Both the position numbers and the translations under genes were made by a program. From Phoronis australis (Eukaryota > Animalia > Phoronida), in contig NMRA01000946.1 of the NCBI GenBank assembly GCA_002633005.1, positions 27,300 to 91,299 on the forward strand: a stretch of 64,000 nucleotides of DNA. Reading direction: 5' to 3'. The notes beneath the pieces are model-generated. The model was not told where the DNA came from. It did no database searches and saw nothing but the letters and a program-made list of their open reading frames with translations. Shown here piece after piece: positions 48,891 through 61,300 of the stretch (its first letter is position 1; the number at the start of each line of letters is the position of its first letter).

Positions 48891-51800
48891 CCCGTTTTGA
48901 ATTCAAGCACCTATTGTAAAATGCACTTAGGTCTAGGCCGAATACTGTTAAAGATCGTGTTACATGTACTTCGTTCATGAATCAATCAGTAGTTGGTCAT
49001 GTACCAGCAGACTATAGTCGCTTGTTTTCGGCCTTTTTGGTTTAAAGGTGGAGGAGGGCTACCTGTACTGTCACGGGGAGTTGAAGAAACACCGATCATA
49101 GACTTGAAATACCAGCCAGATTTCACTCAGTCGGAAGTTTGGCTTCGATAACAGCAGCCGGCGGCGACCCTTCGGATAAAACTTTTAGCGTTCCTGCGAC
49201 CCAGGTCGACAAAATAATGTCATATTGGCCAATTTGCAATATATATTTACCAGGCACGCAAAACGACCCCCCCATGGACGCTTCTTTGGTCTCTTTCTCC
49301 GAAAGAACCCCCATGGAGGCTTTCAGAAGTCTCCGGCAGAGGGATCTGTAATCACTTTACACAAAATGAGTAAAATCTTAGTGGAGTGTATCAAATATCA
49401 TTTCAACCAAATTTGCGTACGCACACCTCCATTGTATTTATTTCTAATCCAACTGAGTCACTTTTGTCCCATCTACACGTCAAGGAATGCAATTTTAAAT
49501 AAGTACCCTTTTAAGAGTTGGTTTTGGCCAATTGTCATATTTCACTAGCTCTAAACGATATTTTGAGCAAATACCAATTCTTTAAACCGGAAGTGTGATA
49601 CTTGAGCATGTGACACAATGCAAGCTCTGTGTGTCTGACCGGCAAGTCGATGTCGTATAAGTTTTATTACTTACTCTCGGTTTCACTGCTCAGTTCACGT
49701 GACGTCACATCGTAAAGTACCGGACTTGGGACTGAATATTGGCCAGCCTGAGACACCAATGGACACGGATATGCTTACTAGGACCGGCGTGTGTTCTGTA
49801 GACGCGAGTATCTCACGAAAACGCAAGATCAGGCTAGACTGCGCGAGATAGCGCCATGCAATACAAGCAAAGTACGTGATATGAGCATTGTTTGCGAGAT
49901 TCCTGCCTCTACGGAACTCAGTTTCGATTGACATGGGCGTTTAGGGCCGTTCAGTGGTATCTTCTAATTGGACAATACATGTAATTCTCTACATCAACTG
50001 GGAAAACCGATGTCGCCGTCTGCCCTTAATATCACGAAAGTTGATCTAAGCTCCAATTGTGCTGTAGTGGGCAATTATCGCATTAGTGATGTCTTCCCGG
50101 CAATGAAATAATATTGTACGAAATAAATTGAAATGTCAAGAACAGAAACTGGTAATTCTAAGAACAGTATGTTATTGCCGTGAAGACGTCACATTAGAGA
50201 TGTCTCTCTGGCAATAAAATACTGTCTGGAACAGAAACGGATGTTTCTTAACGTATTTGGCTTCTGAAGATTTCCTCGTGAAAAGTTAGCGTAGAACCTT
50301 TCTTTTGTGGAGGAAATACAAGCAAAACAGGCCAAAACACTGCGATGGGTTTTTACTTGTTTTAACATTAATAACTGTTAAAACGGAGTCGATTTGCGTT
50401 AACATTCATGAATTGATTCAACGTGCTATATAACTGAGGTAGCGTTATCGGACAGAAGACCGAGCCTGACGATCAACAAAATAAAGATTGACATCAGACC
50501 TCTGAAAACCGGCATCGTCTGACATACAGGCTTAACAAGAGTTCGCTCTACCCGGCGAATTTACTTAATACGTCACACTTCCGGTTTGATGAATTGTTGT
50601 TATCGTCATTAATTTCTTTTAAAAAAGTGTTCCGTTTCAGGCAAATGGCCGAGGACAACAATGCTCTCCCAAGGTCCAAATGCCTTGATATGGAAGAGGG
50701 ATCAGTCTGATAGTTCTTTCCTCTGTGTTTCTTCATTTTTTGGCATGTAGCTGCCTGCGGTGATGCAATGTCATTACGTGCTCGCCTTGTCAGGTGACTC
50801 TAGTTTCAGCCGTTTCACTAGACAAATCGCAAATACCGATATCTGACGTCCGGTGGCATGAATGAACACTGATAACTTGGTCAACGTGACCTCGTAACGG
50901 AAATTACCTTACCGCATTGAACGTTTGTTTTTCCAACAGTTAGTGGAATGAAAACACGGCTATCATAATTCGTTTACTAATATTGTTTTCTGGATGTCTT
51001 GAACCAATTTCAAAATCCTGTTGACGAGGTTTTGCGTTGTTCGAAAATAAGAATTTGTTTTGATTCTCTTTTTCGATCTGTGACCATTGTTCATGCTGTT
51101 TAACCAAATTAACGTGTTTCAAAGAAGCGACGGTTTCCATTACTTTTACAAGAAAAGCGTGAAATGTTTTCAAACGTTTCAAATGTCACGTAGTTTTGTT
51201 GTCGGGCAACAATGAATTTGTTTATTATCAGTGGCGTATTATTGCGTTCGTTATTTCGTCCACCTGAAGTATTGGATCTTTTTGGGGCTAATGTACATCT
51301 AGTTTAGGAGCACAGGGGGAATTAGCCATGCGGGCTTAGTATCTGCTGTTCCGGAATTGAAGTTTAGGAATTGAAGCTACAATTAAGAGGCACAGCACGA
51401 AATCGTTTCCCCCGTATTTTGTGGTATATTTTTCTCGCCAGTACTTCTGCGGTACCAAATATCATTACATTAGAGCCCTGTTAAACTTTTCCGTACACCA
51501 CATTCTCATACAATTTTATAAATAATCATACGCAGTCGTATGCTCAGATATTCAAATTTTCATTATATATACCCCACGTCTAGGGAATAAAAAACGAATA
51601 CAGCATATGCTCTGCGTATGTAGTGCGCAACACGATTTTTCTTATTGGAAATATCTGCACCTTCTGTAGCACATGCCGAGCGTATTTACGAGGCATCATC
51701 TTGTGCCTACGAACGCTTGGCACAATACATCAGAATTTAGTATGAATTCGTTCAGCGTGCGTTGTATATTCACAAATATGCACGGGCGTCCAATATATGT

Positions 51801-52424
51801 ATACCCAGCCAACGCCGGCAGATAAGGTGTGACTAACTTGAAGCCTGATTTACCGTAAAGCGTTCGTCATTAGTGAAGGCATCTTTAGTCTCACATCGTC
51901 ATGCCTTGCAATTTTCAGCATGACAAGTCCTCGTTCAGGTAACACAATTATTTATGAATTTCCAAAAACATTTCAAAACGAAATTAAATGTATTATTAAC
52001 ATGTTCACAATCGACTTAGTATTTTTCACAAGTGGGAAGTGGTCAGTGAAACTCTCGGTGGTATTCTGTCACATTTGTTTCATGTACAAATCAGTGCCAT
52101 TGGCAATGGGATTTGTCAGTAAACTTGTGTTTCCCTGATTTCGCTGGTTTCACAATTTGTTGCTTAGTCTCATATTGCTTGCGTACCTCAAACAATCCAC
52201 CCTTTTACAGTGCTAAGTATTTGCTGATAACGCTTCAACTCGAGGTTTTCTACTTTCAGAAAATGTATATACTGTCTGAGTTGAAATCTATAGTTTTCTA
52301 GATATTTGCTAAACGCAAAAACTTGTCGATAAGATTCTATATTCCCTTGAGAATATAATTAAGAAGTACCAAGACAAAAATCCAATTCATTTTTGTTCTT
52401 ACATCGATTCCAGAATGGTTTCAT

Positions 52425-52584
52425 CAGTGGCGGATTTTGGGGAGGGGGTCAAGGGGGCCATGCCCCCCTAAAAATTCTCTTAGATTCCATTTGGCAGTTC
52501 GAGGGTGCGAATATCTGACGGGCAAAATCCTGGCTAATAATCTTCCCTGCCCCCTCCTAACTCAAAATGCTGGATCCGCCCCTG
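52425..52584. mobile_element. MITE with CAGTGGCGGAT...ATCCGCCCCTG termini
   Basis: Imperfect TIRs and internal G/C tracts; TSD decayed. Confidence 0.65.
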
Positions 52585-53324
52585 ATCACATGTATGTTTT
52601 CAACTATAAATGGTAGAATAAAGTGTGAATTTGTAATATCGACCTTCTGAGTTTTTAGGCAGGAGTCAGACAAGTCCATTGACCTTCAATTCATGCTACT
52701 GGAAATGAAAACGAAAGTGGAACTGACACTCAAGTTAGTCACGACAATGGCAATGTGTTTTTTGTTAATATTCATTATTGATAGGAAAAAAGTGCCGACG
52801 TTTTCTGTGCCAAATAGGACCAGCAGAAACACAGTTTTGTCGTTAAACTATACAAATATTGATAAAAATGCACAATAACACATATGTGGTGTTAGCCATT
52901 AAAATATCAAAATGGAAGTATTGATCTAGACAATATAGGTGTATCAATAAAACATAACGTTCTCAGCGGTGCGCTTTTCATCAGCGATACACGTTGGCTA
53001 TAGATATAACACTACATGTAGGTATTATGAATGTAAAATACCTAAGAAGAGCAAATACGAAGAGGAATTGAAATGAACAAAGAATCCCAGCGGATACTAA
53101 CAACAAAAACACATGCCACCTGTTAGTACCTTCCACGTCTGAAAAAGAGCACGAAGCCCTGGGCGTTTACTATATCTCTACCGTCTTCAAGAATCCTGAC
53201 AATGACCTGTTGTTTGTTCATAATAACGGTTTTTTCATACTTCCAGCTAGAAAGCGAGCCTTTGCTATTATTAGGGCTACGAATGCGGTGTGAAATGACA
53301 CACCGAAACGTATAAACGGTTAAC

Positions 53325-54030
53325 AATCACGGGACATTTCCTCAAGATTTATAATTGATAGTTATTTTGACGACGTGTCATAGCAACTGCTAGATGTTTT
53401 CACTATAACTGGGTAAACAGAGCCATGAGTTGAATGGTTTTAAAGGAGTGTCCATGACAAGAATATAAAAGGTGTCGTCGAATGTGGCGAATGTTGTTTT
53501 AAAAATACTTAATTTTCTTGATTAAGACGCTCGAATTGGTGAAGTTCGGTGGTAAAGTACATGTATACGAGCTATATTATTTATTTCAAACTAAAAACCT
53601 ACAAATAATAAACTACGTTAAATAATCTTAATGAAACAATCAATTAGACATATAACACGTGACATTTATTTAAGATTTATTGAAAATTATTTTGACAACG
53701 TGTCATGGTAGCTGCTAAATGTACTCACTATAACTGGGTTAACGATGCTATGAGTAGACTGCTTTTAAAGGAATCTCAATGACAAGAATATAAAAATAAG
53801 ATAAAGATAAAGAAACCTTATTAATGTCTCCTTTCAATAGCACAAATACGTGACAAATAGCAGTGTCTTTCCAGACACGTGCTAAGACCACCATAAAATC
53901 ATGAAGATAACAACAATTACTATGAGCATTAATTTACTTTAGTACGTAACGGTATTACCACTTTTTCTAAAATTAACCTACAAATAATGAACTACATAAA
54001 AAGTAATTATATTGAAACAATAGAGTAGAC
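53325..54030. repeat. Degenerate tandem duplication of about 330-380 bp
   Basis: TTATTTTGAC.ACGTGTCAT..CACTATAACTGGGT..ATGACAAGAATATAAAA and ACCTACAAATAAT.AACTAC each occur twice. Confidence 0.75.
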
Positions 54031-54859
54031 AAATGACAACAATTATCTTGACAAGATGCACCCGCCGTAGGCTGTGACCGTACATGTAATCAAGTGAACA
54101 GAGACAATTTACTTTAGGGGAGCTGTGTTAGACAACGTAGTAACCTGTCAAACAATGTTTTTCGATCAACACCAATTGATTGCTTGCACGTCTGCTTGTA
54201 ATCAACGAAGTCAATTCACCGTTGCTGCGAGGAGTACTGCCGCCAATGAGCTTTCGCGACAGAATACACGTGAATGTTTTGGAAGTTCACGCAAGCAACG
54301 GTTTGCGAGTCGTTCTGAAATCAAGCGCCAATCCCGGGCTCAATCTAATGCGAAGGGTGAAGGTGTGTCAAAAGCATACAAAACTAACCACGTGACAACG
54401 AAAACAAACATTTTTTCACCAGCTTTTACCCTATTCAGGAAATACATAAACGTTATGAGCGGCGCCAAAATATCACAAATAGCCTCGTAAGGACGCCACT
54501 CACGCAGTCAGTTTAGAAGTCACCTACGGCTAAGTCGTGATAAGATCAAAAGTATAGAGCGTCCCTAAGAAGTACATTTAGAGTGACCAGTGAAGCAGAG
54601 CATAGGTACGTAGAGCTGCGGTGAACGAAAAAGATTATAAAAATAAATTAGAGTTATTAAGTTCTTACTGTAGTTTATTTCCATAGCAACAAAATATCTC
54701 GCTTCAATTACAAGGCTGACGTTTATTTACTTGAAAAAAAATATAGCGAGTTCATAAAGTGTAAACAGTTTGATATAAAAATCCCTTGCCAATTTTTAAC
54801 GTAGGCATTATCCGATAAAATAGCGCGTCTACTTCGCGAACAAATCTAAGGGAAACTAA

Positions 54860-55095
54860 AAATAGGGGGACTCAAACTTTTGAGAATGTGTACCTTTTAT
54901 TAAAAGAAATAAAAAAACGGGGTAAGTTCAGAGCTATGAATTGCAAATTCGCCGAATTCCTGCCTTTTTGGTAGACTTTTGTCTCTTTTTTACTTTTCGA
55001 AGTTTTTGTTTTTCCGAGGCGGACCTTTTTGCCCACTTCGCCAAATGGGGGGGGGGGGTCGTTCGAGGCCCCCGAGCTCCCTGGGTGCGCGCATG
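54860..55095. mobile_element. Second, left-truncated copy of the 48116-48378 MITE
   Basis: Shares CCGAGGCGGACCTTTTTGCCCACTTCGCCAAATGGGGG and the right TIR CTGGGTGCGCGCATG. Confidence 0.85.
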
Positions 55096-56641
55096 TATCA
55101 GATGGCAAGTGGTTACAACCACATGACAGAAACTGACTGAAAGGTGAATAAATTTCCCAACAAAATTTCTCATTTGTATTTACCTGTGCGTATTTTTTCG
55201 CAAAATATGCTTTTTTAATAAAATCATTTTTGAACTTAGAACAGACATTTTCAAAATAGTGTTCCTCCAATCATATTGGTCTGCTGGCATTTTTGAGGGA
55301 ACGGCCTCTCAGATTTTTGAAATATACTTTGTAGGGGTTAAAGCTGACAGAATTTAAGACATTTGCAAATAAGTAAAATGTGGTAAACAAGATTCACCGT
55401 TATTTTAAACAGGTTATTATTGTTTACCCAGGTCAAATATTTGTCAGAAATGCGTGGACTTTAAACACGTTCCTTCCAGGTTAAATAATTTGACGAATAC
55501 TCGTCTGAAGAGACATAATCCCCAACTATCTTTGGGCACGCATTTTTACATGTAGTTGAAGTTACGGAATTTATGGATGATAAAGTTTGTTGATCGTCCA
55601 ATCATATTTGTATAATTTTCACTCCTCTGTTTTAGAATGGAATTAATATAAATAACAGGCGTTACGGTGCAAAAAGCAAACGTCGGGGTGAATTCGTAGT
55701 AGTAAACTAGCAGATACGGAAACAACATGAGTATTTTGGCGACACTCCATAGTAACGACTCAAAATATTATGAATACAAAACCGGTCGTTTTAAGACTTT
55801 TCACGTAACACATTTTTCAGTGACCATAGTATATTGTACCGACCTATGAGACATTCTATTGATATGAATACAGCTTTTGTCCACGTGCCCAGTATCAAAA
55901 CAGAGATAATGACTGCCATGATTAGAACGAAAGTAAAATGATCCTTTGAACATAATCATTCGTGGCAATAATTGACACGATTTTCAAAGATATGGACAAC
56001 ACCAATTGTTTATTTTCTATTGTTTTTTCTGTTTTGTAAGCATTGGGCCTCGAGTTATGCTTTCATAGCCTTAGACTATAAACAAAGTGAACAGTGGTCC
56101 AGGGATTGTTTAGAATTTGAAAAGCAGATTTGATTCATTGTGTCGATATCATTGTAAATGTCTATCAATCCGAGGAATGAAATAACAAAGAGCCTTTTTC
56201 ATTTCATTACATTTTGCAAGTGTGCTTTACAAGTAACGCTGACCTAGTGACTCAAAAATACATTTTGTTGCTCGGCTAGGCGTAACTCAACTGTAATCGA
56301 GCACTCGTAAATCAGCGACATGTAATTTGAAGACAGTTAAAAACGGTACGTACAATACGAAGTCAAAACTCACGGTTGACTTGACATATTGTGAATCTAT
56401 ATTCATTTACACGTTTCCTATGTCATTGCCGCTATCGGATTCCTACGACGAGAAAGTTGTTGTGTCTAAATACAGAAATGTAGGCCTTCAAACATTTTAA
56501 GAAGTTGCCAAGGACTGCAATAGGCGGCTATGTCTTGGTAAGAGTACACTGTATTTCCGAACCTCTACATCAGTTCATCTAAGTAATACAGAAAAGCCAA
56601 GTACATCTACACTGAAGCCTGACAGATCCTAGACAGATTAA

Positions 56642-56780
56642 GTGTGTGTGTGTGTGTGTGTGTGCGTGTGTGTGTGTGNNNNNNNNNNNNNNNNNGCGTG
56701 TGTGAATGTGTGTGCGTGAATGTGTGTGCGTGCATGTGTGTGTGTGTGTGTGTGTGCGTGTGTGTGTATCTATATATACA
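56642..56780. repeat. (GT)n microsatellite containing an assembly gap (N at 56679-56695)
   Basis: Directly visible. Confidence 0.95.
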
Positions 56781-56974
56781 ACATGTGCCAACTGCCAGCC
56801 AGGCTTAGAATTTAATTCTCTCTAGTGTTTTCTTTTTCGACATCACTGCTAAGAACTGTCGTGTGTGCTCATCCCTAAGAAGACGATAATTGCCTCAGCT
56901 GGTGATGTATTCTGTGCCGCGGTCCTCGGGCGAGCAGTAGTGTTACTATGGCACTCTATAGTTTTAGTAGGAGA

Positions 56975-57215
56975 TATACATAGTGTCTCTGCCCTGGAAC
57001 AAGCACGCTGTACGTATTCTACATCTCTTCTGGGACAAATACAATATGTTATTTGTCTCTGACCTGTGATACGTTGTATTCTGTGTCTCTGCCCTGGGAC
57101 CAGTAAAATGCATTCTGTATCTCTCCTGGGACAAATACATTGTTCTTTGTGTCTGTCCAGTAATAAATGCACTGTATTTTGAGTCTCTGCCCTGTGAAGA
57201 CTAAGACTGTATTAC
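56975..57215. repeat. Degenerate minisatellite (about 35 bp)
   Basis: Repeated TGTCTCTGCCCTGGGAC(A/C)A...TGTATT. Confidence 0.6.
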
Positions 57216-58350
57216 ACATAGTTATCTTCATTTGGGAAACTTTTACCACTGCAACTGTGTCAACTTTCCTCCTGTAACCGGTCTTTATTCCAGTAAGAAA
57301 AGAGGAAGGGATTTAATGTTATGAAGCAAGAGCTGAGAGCTGATGAGGGCATGGTAGTTATGAAAACGTTATGGACAAATGCTACCGAAAGAAAATCGGT
57401 ACAACTGAAGGCACCTGGACTTTATTAAACAGTTTTATTTGACACGATCGTCCAAACGTCTGTCCATAAACCCGAGGCCAGTCCGAGGTGCGACATTTTA
57501 ATTTAGACAACTTATCGCTAGAGGTCTCATAATTTTCCTTACTCAAATCAGTTCCTTATTCCTCCAAATTATGCTCGGCTCACAAAATGACCTGCCGTGA
57601 CCTTCCAACTTGTAGGGCATAGTCTCAAGCATTAACGAACTGTTTGTTCTGTCCAATCCCAAAATTTATCTCTAACCTCACTAAGAAACAATTTGAGACC
57701 CAGTCCATAAATGCAAGTTGAATAAATGAAAAGTTGTTTTTTGTGATGAAAAGCTGTTTGGTGGTCGCTTTAAAGTTATCTAAGACCTTAACAAACGACC
57801 TCAGTCTATGTCAAATATCGAAAAAGCAATGCTTTGTCAAAAGTATATATTTTCTGGAAGGAGAAATATCGAGAAATCTAAAACTATGTTTCTTACTACA
57901 GTGTCTTATTATTGTCACGTGACAAAGAAAATATACACTTTTAATGGTTTACAAATCGTAGGTTTTTCGATGTTTGACTAAGAATTGAGGTCGTTTAATA
58001 AGGTCCTAGATAATCTTAAACGAGGATAGTTGGAATATCCCTTATCATAAACTTTTGCAGCATCAACGGGAATCGCCGTTATATATTACACTGATACGCA
58101 AGATGTCTTCTTAATCAAACTTTGTTCGCGATGTTCAAATTTACCCGCCGTGTCAAGACATGTTCCCGAGCCCATGCAGTCAGAGACTATAGCGAGCTTC
58201 CCGTTCTTACCAGCGAGAAACCACCTCTCGTTTGAAACCAATTTCACAACAGTAAGTGAACTAAATAAAAAAAAACTTCTTAAGTGTTAACACGCATGTC
58301 ATACATGTACCTGGGCGTAGCGTTGTCTTAATGCGTGCTTGTATTTCAGA

Positions 58351-61300
58351 ATGTGGCCACTAAGGCGGAGCCAAACTACGGCCATGTTGGTTCGCCTGTT
58401 ACTGGTTTATGCAGTGATTGTTGGTAAGTGACTTCCATTCATCCCATTAAAGCATTCATTCTCCCTCCGTATCAGGTGTTACGAGAAAGCCTCAACCACA
58501 TCTGCATTAGTTAGAAGTTCCAGTACCTATCCAGACTAATTGCTATGGTTGAGCGCAGAGGGGTAAATGTCGCTCGTAAATTACGCTCGTAAATTACACT
58601 ACGCTCGTGAAGTAAGCTCGTAAATTACGCTTTCCAGTCAACGGCCAATTTTAGTTACCCGCGACTGCTCGCCTGAATTCGAAAGGCAGCAGCCTGTCGG
58701 CGCGTAGAAAATATTACACCACGCAAATGAATACTCTGTCAGTTTTCAGTAACATTATTTAAGCTGTGAGCGTCGCGACCCCCTGTAACTTGAACACCTT
58801 TTACAAGAGCGCGCGCAAGCATACGCGAGCGCTCACTCTCGAAAACTAGTTTCCTTAGAAATTCACGGTGACGTCCGACGTAACTTTAGGATACTTACCA
58901 AGAGGAACGACAGTAATTCTAAGCAATACACGTTGGAAGTACACCATGATATATATGGGGTATTTATGGTAAATTTGGCACAGAAATAAATTGTTTGAAT
59001 AAATGTTTGTATTGGTGATAGGGGCAATTTTTTGTTTTCTTTCATCACCGAAACAGTCACACGTGCGGTTTAATTTCTTAGGATTATCGATATTTTATAT
59101 GTTCGAGTTGCAAAAACTTGTCCCTCAACAAAAGCGACAATTCGAACACTGATTTGCTGAGAAATTCTTTCGCGGACGCCACGTTGGTATTGAAGCAGGA
59201 GCACACTGTCGTCCAATGGCGTCGCTTTCGCTTTAGGAGAATACTTCCTTACAAAAATGAACTTAAGTATTCATCGAAAAACTTAAGTTTTTGGTCTGAA
59301 AAATCTTAAGTTTTCATTAACGAAAACTTAAGTTTTTGGCAAAAACTTAAGTTGAAAAATACTTAAGTTTTCAAAAACTTAAGTTTCTGAAACTTAAGTT
59401 TATCAAAACTTAAGTTCATTTTTGTAAGGGCTCTCTCTCACTTTAGGCGGATGTTTGTCCTCACTTTAGGCGATAACTTGTAAATATTATTGCTAAACTG
59501 TTACCTGTTCATAAGTACACTACACTACACGGATAGTGCAGTAAATGTTTGCAGTCAAAGCGAGCTGGGAGCGTAAAACCATTCCGACTTACGCTTTAAC
59601 AACTTTTCACTAGACAAACCTCGAGGCTTGAACCCAGAAAACCATACTGATACCATAATGATATTAATGTCGTACACGTCCGTTTAACAAAGTTTTGTGA
59701 TTTATTTGACAGCAACTGTGACATCAACAACAACACTGTCATCAGAATCAACGACAACGGCAGCAACAGGAACAAATACAACATCAACGGCAGATACAAC
59801 AGTAGTTGTAACAGCAACAACAACAGGAGCTGACGTAAATGCAACTGCAACCACAGAGGCAACGCAAACAACAGCGGGAGTTAATGCAACTTCTACCACA
59901 GGGGCAACAGAAACGACAACAGTGGTAAATACAACTACAACCACAGTGGCAACACAAACAACAGCGGGAGTAAATGTAACTTCAACAACAGGGCTAACAG
60001 AAAATACAACAGTGGTAAATACAACTACAACCACAGTGGCAACACAAACAACAGCGGGAGTGAATGCAACTTCTACAACAGGGGTAACAGAAACGACAAC
60101 AGTGGTAAATGCAACTACAACCACAGGGGTAACACAAACAACAGTGGGGGCAAATGCAACTTCTACCACAGGTGTAACAGGAACAACAGCAGGAGTAGAT
60201 GCAACTTCCACCACAGGCACAGCAGAAACATCGACAGGGGCAAATGCAACAAGCATGACAGTGAATTCAACTATTACAACCTCTTCAGCAAGTGTTCAGA
60301 CCACTGCAACCACCGGAAGTAACACGTTATCCTCTGAAGTGACGTCAGCTACAGGTTCAGCCGGTACTACTGCAGAAATATACACATCAACAAGCCAAAC
60401 GCAGACAACCAGTCAAATTAATGTATCATCTTCGAAAGACTCCGAAACTACCATTGCTTCAACTTTATCCACTGTTGAAGCTAATGGGACAAGCACAGGT
60501 GTTGAACCAACTACGGTGACCGAGACAACTACTTCCTCAATTTCACAGGAAGCGACATCAGCAACTCAAGCTAGCACATCCTCCAGCGTGATCGAGGCAA
60601 GTACAACTGCTGCAAGAACACTGAATACAACCCAGGCAAACAACACAGGTAGTGTGACGACTACTGAGAGCATCGTCGAAGGAAATACTACTGAAGCCTC
60701 TACTGTGTCATCGTCAAACGTAACCCGATCGCAGGAAAATGTGACGGAAGTCAGCACAACCAGCGTACAGACAGATGTTACACATAGCAACATGACTGCA
60801 CAACCAACAACCACACAAACCACTGTCTCTTCAAATCAGAGTGAGGTAAGGTCAACTACTACCACACCTGTAGGCGAGGGAAATAACACGATGGAAACGA
60901 TTACTACAACCACATCGCAGACGACAACAAAGCAGACGACCACAACACAGACGACCACCATGGGACCTGGTGAATCGACAACTGCATCCACCCCTGATCA
61001 AACCACTCCGGCTGCTATCCTTGAAGGTATTCATTGTTATTCCTACTACAAAAGCTATGGTTAAAAGTCACGAAATGTTTCAATATATGTTTGATATGGG
61101 ATAAATGTATAAAAATTTGCGCAAGGCAATGTGAATTGTACGACCCAACACTTTTACCATTGCCTGCAAAATTACTGACACTGATATCGCGTGCCTTCAT
61201 AGTTCGCGTTTATACCTTTACTGTTACTGATGTGAAGCGGTTTCGCTAGGAAGGTAAACGTTACCGGTGGCGGGGAGGGGAGTTGCTCACCACGCTGTCC

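Noticed and set aside
1479-54672. TACTGTA/TACAGTA (Sleeping Beauty-type footprints)
   Set aside because: The roughly eight copies noticed do not exceed chance expectation, unlike TACATGTA.
59246-59430. Regularly spaced palindromic repeats superficially like a CRISPR array
   Set aside because: Eukaryotic intron, spacers only a few nt, no cas genes; TIR-bounded transposon structure explains it.
59596-60823. Minus-strand Val/Leu-rich ORFs
   Set aside because: Antisense shadows of the Thr-rich mucin exon.
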